NCBI GenBank assembly: GCA_051362555.1
Contig: CM120648.1
Location: 7,126,587 to 7,190,586 of the forward strand
DNA length: 64,000 bases
Direction: 5' to 3'
From: Lingula anatina
Lineage: Eukaryota; Animalia; Brachiopoda
Positions 56,303 through 64,000 of the stretch are shown here, piece by piece. The translations under genes were made by a program, and so were the position numbers. The first letter of the stretch is position 1. Each line of letters opens with the position of its first letter. The notes below the pieces were generated by a model that was given only the letters and a program-made list of their open reading frames with translations, was not told the DNA's origin and did no database searches.

Positions 56303-59300
56303 TTTCCCCCTCAAATCCAAAATTGATTTTTTTAGTTTTCGTCTCTTTTAATATATATTCCCTTATCTTATTACTATCAAACATTTGAACAATCGACCCC
56401 CTAAATGGCCTTTGAAAGAACCGGGATCATCGATTTCAAGGAAACCAGCAAATTATAAGCGAACAATACCACACTGAATGTGATTTACTCTTCCTACCAT
56501 ATACAATTTCCAACCACATCCGCGAGTTCTGGTTCTGTCTTTAACTATCTTCTGTCAAAACTGAAAAGGCGTCCCGGTTTCTTTCTCTTTGAGAGACGGA
56601 TCCAGAAGTCCACTCGTACCTTGCTGGAGCGTCACATAGTTATCTCACTGCGCGCGGCAACTGAATATTATCATACATCTGTATCGTGTTGCTAAGGATG
56701 CGCTCTGGGCGATTTTCATTAAAAATTATATATTATCATGTATTATCATATATATTTAATGTATTAATGTTGTGCTGCTAGGTCTATTCCCTGGTTGCTT
56801 TAAAAATAATTAAAAGCCTTTTTGTTCTAAGTACAAGAATTACCCGCTTGATTGCAATACCGCTTTGATATCACCTTTGTGATATATCAAAGCTCCCAAA
56901 CATCTACGTCCGGGAGATAAAGACTTTTGTTTAAATTGCTCTTACCGCTGTCTGAAAAATCTGAGGTACCATTAGCGCTCATCTGCAAGTGCCTCGCAGT
57001 CGATGTAATTTAGAAACTATCGCTGACAAAACCCGCCGCTGAAACCGAGACCAACGTTTGGATAGCAAAAGCATCAGTACCTTGGGAGAGGATGCCATTC
57101 GGTCGCAATGAATAGAAAACTACTCTGATACCAATTTTCCTATTCTGTGCTAATATCAAATAAAAACGCCATGCATTCATAAATTGCACGGAATCATAAT
57201 TCAACCGTAGATTAATGGTAGTAAGGCACATATGTTCACTGAAACACGATCCTACCTCATTGTTCCGATTAATTGAGTCCCAGCATTTTTATATCTTCCA
57301 AAGCAATTATGCTGTAATATAAATACACGGCTATTATGATTGCTCTCTATGGAGGCTGGTGTCATTTTGTGTAGTCAATCTCATTATTTGTTTCATTGCT
57401 TTTTCGGGATTCTCGTTACTGCTTTACGCGTGCAGTTCATAAACTGATTCCATTAATGTTGCTTTCAAGCACAGTCGATATGGACGCCCTCAATATCATC
57501 ATGGCTATCTTCGTGTGACAAATGACAGAACATTTAGTGCATGTCGAGCACCTATTTCAGCAAAATCACTTTGAGGCTAAACGGTTTTATTGTGAAAGCA
57601 TCTGGTGCCTACTCTACGCTGTGAAACTTCAGCAAAATCTTTATCATTCAGCACCCTTGTTGTAGTAGTAGTCGTATATTAGTTGTACTATTTATTTCAG
57701 TGAAAATTAAAGATACCATTGTTAATAATCAAAGCGAGCATAGCAAATTCTCCATCGGATATTTGTATGCTACAAAGATCGTTTAATTTACATGAACATC
57801 TGAAATTAAAATAATTAAAAACTGTATATATATACTTAAAGACAAGACTGCAATTTTTTAATAATTTCATTTAACAAGGATTAGTCTATTTTTTACATTT
57901 TCGTCCACGCGGACGTTAGCGCATATTTACAAGACATCGCTATATATACCCTTTCTCACTTTTAAGCGGCAATTGGCATTTGCTAGACGCAGTAAAATAA
58001 ACTTCGGATAAATATAAAACTCTGTGAAGATCCATTATGCTATCCAGAAAGGTCTGTATATCATGACTTTTCTACCGTTCTAAATTTGTTTTTGTGTTAA
58101 AGCAAAGTTTGGCAGTTCAGAGGTCGCATTAAATAAATACCTGTAGTGGCGTCAGGGCAATCAGAAATGTCGTCCTGCTGATTATTTCTCTTCGCAAATT
58201 TGTTAATTTCTCTAAAGAAATTCTGAGATATTTATGCGGCGAATAATAACCACGTTTCCATACAGCAATACCCTTCTCCTCCTGTTTAAAAGTAAAAGTG
58301 CACATTTATAAACCGCTCTATTTGACTGGGGCTAATAAAGGTTGGGGTATTATTTGCTTGTCCTTAGTGGAGGGGTTACCGCTCCTGTGTGTGTCAGGTT
58401 GTATAAAGTGAGTATAAAATAGATATTTCCAAAAGTCAAAACATGCGCTTCCGTTGTTTCCCCTGTGGCTATGATTTTCACTATCGATTTCATCTTATCC
58501 ATAGACGAACGCTATTAGTGTCCTTAGATGAAGGGTAGGAGTACGTAGGACAAAAGGATAAAAGGCACTGTAGTCGAATCTTATTGTGGGTGGTGTGCTA
58601 CTGAGGACACCCCTTTTCACTTACATGGTTCATTACAGTATAGAAATAAATATAGCTGTATCCATAACATAATAACAGACTTTTGGAAGATCACGGAGAC
58701 TGTAATTATAAAAGCCGCTTCCACTCGCACTTCTGCGGTTTAGATCTCGATAAAATATAACCGTTATATCCTAGACAGTAGTCGGGGACCCCAAGGAAAC
58801 TCGATTTTTTTTTTTTTTTTGCAACAAAATTCTAAATCTCACCCCTCTTAAAAACTTGCAACGAGCGTTGGCCAGTAATTCTTGTTTAAAATGAGCAGAA
58901 TAAAATAGAAGCAACAGGCTAAAATTAAAACGACGGCAGCAAAACGACGCCGTAGTAAGTTCAAACATTATATACAAAATATTATACTAATATAGGCAAC
59001 AACAAGAACACAAGACTCCCCTGTGAGTTCTGTTTATTCGTCTGGGAAGACAAAACAGTGAAACTGATCTCTACATACGACTACAACGGTGAACAATAAA
59101 ACTCGGCATGGAATGAGGAAAACCGGATCGAATTACATCATACAATCCAAACTCACAGGAATTAGTGGTCTTGAAAAAATTTGAACACAAACTTTTTGAA
59201 TCTCATGGTAAAAAAGTTTTGACATCATTTTTTTGTTTGTTTGTTCTTACACATGTAGTTTGTTACCCTCTCACACAATGTAGTCTTAAACGCTTCTCAA

Positions 59301-61580
59301 TAACTTCACTTTCAAGCAGAATGTTGTCATTTCAGTTTTTAAGCCATCCACTGCCGTCTTCCCCAATTTCAATTGCGTGGTATCTTACACCAAATTCCAC
59401 TGTCTCAATTTTCCTCATTCCCTGGCAATCATTCAGAGTTTACTCCTCGTCTCTAGTAATCAAAAATAGGTTCATCAGAATAAATAACCATATCTGTTGC
59501 AAACCACAATTATCTGAGGCAATTTCTGGCAAGTTCGTTATCTATCATTCGTTGTAAAATGTTCAATTTCTTCCTATGATTATGTTCCAATTCTGTTTTT
59601 GGGGTAAAGAACCAGAAATTGTGCATTGTAAATTGACAGGCTCTATTTGTTCCTATCTGAGGTAAAACAATGAATGACGACCTCCTCAAAAATCACAGTT
59701 TTTAAAAATAAAGTGTACATAATAACAATAAGATACTAAATGCAACATTTTGTGATATCTTACCATCATATTTGTGAAAGTTAAAATATCAATTATATAT
59801 GTATATCATATGATATAAAATGGCAATTAAAGTGGAACTTAAAGCCAAAGCATTTTTACTTGTATACACTTGCCTAGGAAAGTAGTCGACACCAGTCACC
59901 CTGACAACACAATGCCATGGCAACATGTTGCCATAGACACTGTCATATTTGCTATGCTGAAGCCAAATTAGGTGGGATGCTCTTCACAAGCCACAGACAA
60001 TTTACTACATTTAACTGAATCATACAATTTAATTAGTTTAAATATTGCCAATTATCAAAGAAAGGGTTGGTTTCTACTAAAGCAGCCTATTTACACTCAC
60101 ATGATTAAAATTATCACTTAAATGTTCTACACATGATCTATATTTTTTTCTTTTGTTGTTGTTGTTCAAACATCCAATTCTATTAGATACACAGTTCATA
60201 ACATTCTGGATTTATTTACAAAATGCCAACATTTGTACACACATGATCATCACTGACGTACTCAGCCACAGAGGTCTATTCCAAGGCACAGGATGTAATT
60301 GCTTTATGTTCAAATATAATTTCATACTGAAAGTTTTCTATTTGCTAAAAAAAAAAAAATAATAATAAAATAAAATAAATAAAATTAAAATTGGTTCAAC
60401 TTGTTTCGGCCTCTTGGGCAACCCTTGTAAATGAATTTTAAAAAAAGGCGATTTAAACAACGCAATTATCATTTAACGGTCCCATTCCAAATTTTGGGAA
60501 ATTTAGAACCTAAACGCAATATATAAATCAATAGTTTTCCTGTTATAAGACTTCAAAATCGAAAGACAATTTCACAGGACCTTTCCAAATCCCCCAGAAA
60601 ACAATGTGGAGATTATTTGTTTTGCTCCCTGGAATGTCTTGCTTCAGTGGCGTTCTTTCTTCTCTCCAACTTCATGCTGGCCATCTAATCTCTTCTTTGA
60701 ACACAGGGAAATTTCACCCAAAAAAGGGCTATACAAAATCAACACAACCCACTTGCTAATAGGCTGTGTGGCTGTCAAGGTACGCTTATTCAATGTTATT
60801 CTTTAAAAACCCAAACATTACCTGTTTCCCCTCTCATCAGAAACTTTTTCAACTAGATGCGTAACCATTGGATAAGAACATCTTGACAGCTTCACCCCTG
60901 TCAAGTGGGTAACATCGACTTTGTACAGCCATTACTATAAAGCTGCTACGCATACGCATTAACATTACAATATCTGATGCTCACTATGTCATGTCTCAAG
61001 TAAAGAGGCAGGCTGAAAATAGTGCCACCTATGGTGCAGTTCATTGTGACCTTGACCTTACACTCAGAACGAGGCTGACACCTCCAGTGACCTAGAAATA
61101 TCCTATCCATTGGCACACCCCACCTTTTGGACACTAACAATCAAGCATGAATATGTGTACTTTGAGAAATTAAATTCAATCATAATCAGTTTTAGTAATA
61201 ACACTTATATAAGCACCTGACAGAAAAAAATATACATACAGATTATTACTTATGTGCACGAATGATATAGTACTGATAGACACTTGAATTGGTCTCTTAG
61301 TGCTTGATATGAGCCTATCTGACAAGATGGTCTCCTATATCAGAATTTCTCAAAAAAAGCTTCAAATTTGATTCGAAATGTGCAATCTAGAAGAAATATC
61401 AAGCAAATCAAAAATATGTCAAAAATGCTTATTTACTTTCTCCTCCCGGTGACTTTTTTTTTTTTTCATTTGTGTTCTTAGTGTCTTAAATAAATCACCA
61501 TTCAATCTAATTTCTTTCATCAAAATGTTTGTTTTTTTTTTTTGGTTCTTCTTCGAAAATCACAATATAATGGTCTTTGT

Positions 61581-63275
61581 TCAAAATGTGAGTGTGGAGT
61601 CGTCCCACTCAAGTTCACGATCTTTTACTTTTTCAGACTCGTCTTCAGAGCTCTCCAGCTCGTCGTGGTAGCTACTAATATCGTCATCGCTATCGCTGTC
61701 TTCTCCCTGGTTACCGTGCACCATCACATGGTCATCTTCAAAGTCTAAACCCTGCAAATCCAAATAAAACATTTTCAAGTTGTATTTTTTAAATACTTTG
61801 AATAATGAATATAGAAACTTGATGCAAAAAGGTATCTAATAGGCAAAAATATGTACGTGGGTGAATGAACTAAGAAACCACATAAATATTGGAAAAAGAG
61901 AGAGAGAGAGAGAGATGGTTCCTCACCTCACTCTCCATGGGGTTCACAGTGATACTGAGGGCAGAGTTGTCCCACTCCATCTCTGGGTTCTCCTCCACTT
62001 TCACCACATTGTGCTGGTTGTGCTGTGCTCTGATCCTGATCACACCTAACACAATCATGAACATCAGGAACCCAACGCAGATCACGATGATGACCACGAT
62101 ACCTGCATCTGCAAAATCAATAACACAATCATGAACATCAGGAACCCAACACAGATCACAATGATGACCACGATACCTGCATCTGCAAAATCAATACAGT
62201 TCAGTCAGCACAAGGTTTTCAATATAGGAATAAAATATGTATAAAAAAATCAATCCTGGACAAATGACATTTATAGAATGTCAAAACAAACAAAAAATGT
62301 GACCTCTCTTCTATGGGCAACAACTGTCTATCTATATTCATCCTCAATTGAGGTGGGCCAAAAGTTGAAATCTCCAAGCTGAGTGCAACTTATTGGTCTC
62401 AAACACCTAAAACCTTTCCTCCTTTTAACCAGCTCAAAGACAAAATCACTTTATTGCTTAATCAATCTTTCTTTTGACTTACTGGCATGCCCAGAGACAC
62501 TGGCAACTGTGTTGGTTCTCTCCTCCAGGTTCATGTCTCTACCCTTGGAGTCCTGTATGCTGTTGTGATGGGCATAAACCTTGTCACTCATGGCATGGGC
62601 CTGGTTCTCATGCACCACAGCCTGCTGCTTGTGGCTGCCTTCAACCTGAAGAGGATTCCATGCAAATCTGAGTGAAATATCTAATGATATTGCTTATTCT
62701 TGACAATTATCCAATTTCACAATTTTTATTTATTTATTAATTTTTTTAACTCATCTATGAAATATCTACAAATCTAATTTCATACACTTATGCCAGTAGC
62801 AGTAAATAGGTTTTCCCACACCAATGGATATCAAATCATTCCTATAAGTAACAAGTGCTTGAGCAAGCCTTTTTATGAAGTCTTCTTGCTTGAAAAAAAA
62901 AAAAAATTACATTTTCCTATCTTTCACATTGTGTAATTCCATACCTGTACTTTGAACTTATTGCTGACAAATCTGCCGTTCATCTCAGAACACTGCACAA
63001 CAAAAGCACGTGGTCGCATGCTGCTGCCAGAGTTTGCGTATTTCACACCATGAAGAATTGCCTGATAGTTAGAAATCAGGTCTGCGCCTATAAACAATTT
63101 TGAAAATCATTAGTAGCCTTACTTGTTAAAAATCCTTCCTATGCAGTCATAATGACATCAGAGCTTCAGTCTTTACATTTTTACATAATAAGAAACTATT
63201 TCAGTTCAAAATGGCCTAAATCCACTGCTACATTCAACACCTTTCACCAATCATTTGACGTCTACCAAGTTTAAT

Positions 63276-63330
<55 letters not shown>

Positions 63331-64000
63331 TTACCAGAAATAACCACAGAGTTGGCATCCATCTTGTGCTCCAGCTGCAGATGTTGGATTTGATTGGCTG
63401 GCAGAGTGAGACTCTCAGTGCTGACATCTAGTGGTGGATTGGCTGTGATGGTGCACATATCCAGGTTCACCATGGCACCGGTGGGTTTGGTGTCTTCTAC
63501 AGTAAACGGACAGAAATTATCTTGATTGGTGGTCAATTGGCTGGCTAAATGCTTTGCTCACTTATCTTTACGTTAACTTTGTTTTCTTTTCTGTCTGCAG
63601 CTCAATGCCATTGTTCAAAATTTACTTTAAAATTTTTGATGACTGAGCACCAAACACATCAGTCTAGTGGATTTCTGGTCTTTATTGGTCCTATGTCTAC
63701 AAAAACCTTGATTCAGTCTTAAAGAACGCAAAAATTACGTAAAACAATGATGCAAATTAAACAAACTCCAAAGAAGACAAAAAATTACAAAAATTGCAAC
63801 ACCAGAGCCCCACTTACGTTCCATCAGCTTAGGGTGCTCGTGAACCTCATTCTCATCCTCTCCGTCCTCTGCCTTACTGACGATAGAGAGGCCCTGGAAA
63901 ATGGCCACCCCCTCAGCCAGGTCAGTCATGGGTCTGATGAGGTGACCAGTGCCGCTGATGGTGATTGTGGGGCTTTCTGTCTCCACCACCATGATGTAGG
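61581..64000 (-). CDS. CLSTN1: Calsyntenin, 3' exons (gene continues beyond the window)
   Basis: Exons >64000-63818, 63544-63335, 63087-62945, 62645-62483, 62108-61927, 61751-61581; CSEMNGRFVSN, TM VVIIVICVGFLMFMIVLGVIRIR, two W-acidic motifs (EMEWDNSALSITVNPME, ELEWDDSTLTF*) and an acidic tract. Confidence 0.93.
63282..63328. repeat. (GA)n microsatellite beside a calsyntenin splice donor
   Basis: Direct read. Confidence 0.9.

Noticed and set aside
56400-61500. Short ORFs including 59165-59557
   Set aside because: Low-complexity translations in AT-rich sequence, likely calsyntenin 3'UTR or intergenic

Overview
AT-rich, intron-containing animal genomic DNA (invertebrate, probably lophotrochozoan; the taxon is inferred). 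The left part holds a ~5.2 kb tandem array (~2890-8150) whose ~75-bp unit is a U6 snRNA derivative: the ACAGAGA box and 3' end are kept, the AGC triad and most of the ISL are deleted, and many units carry fold-back hairpins. Two divergent U6 genes follow (8490-8596 minus, 12913-13020 plus) with matching PSE/TATA promoters. Next come MITEs, a Kolobok-type element, and ~8 kb of degenerate Dada-like DDE transposase remnants (a superfamily that includes U6-targeting members). The right part holds LZIC (with an ISL2EU/Harbinger-type insertion in intron 3), MTHFR, an uncharacterised 234-aa ORF, a nested MITE cluster and the 3' end of calsyntenin. The best candidate novel system is the U6 gene pair plus U6-mimic array plus Dada-like remnants. 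All calls were made by eye; family assignments are from recalled motifs, not database searches.
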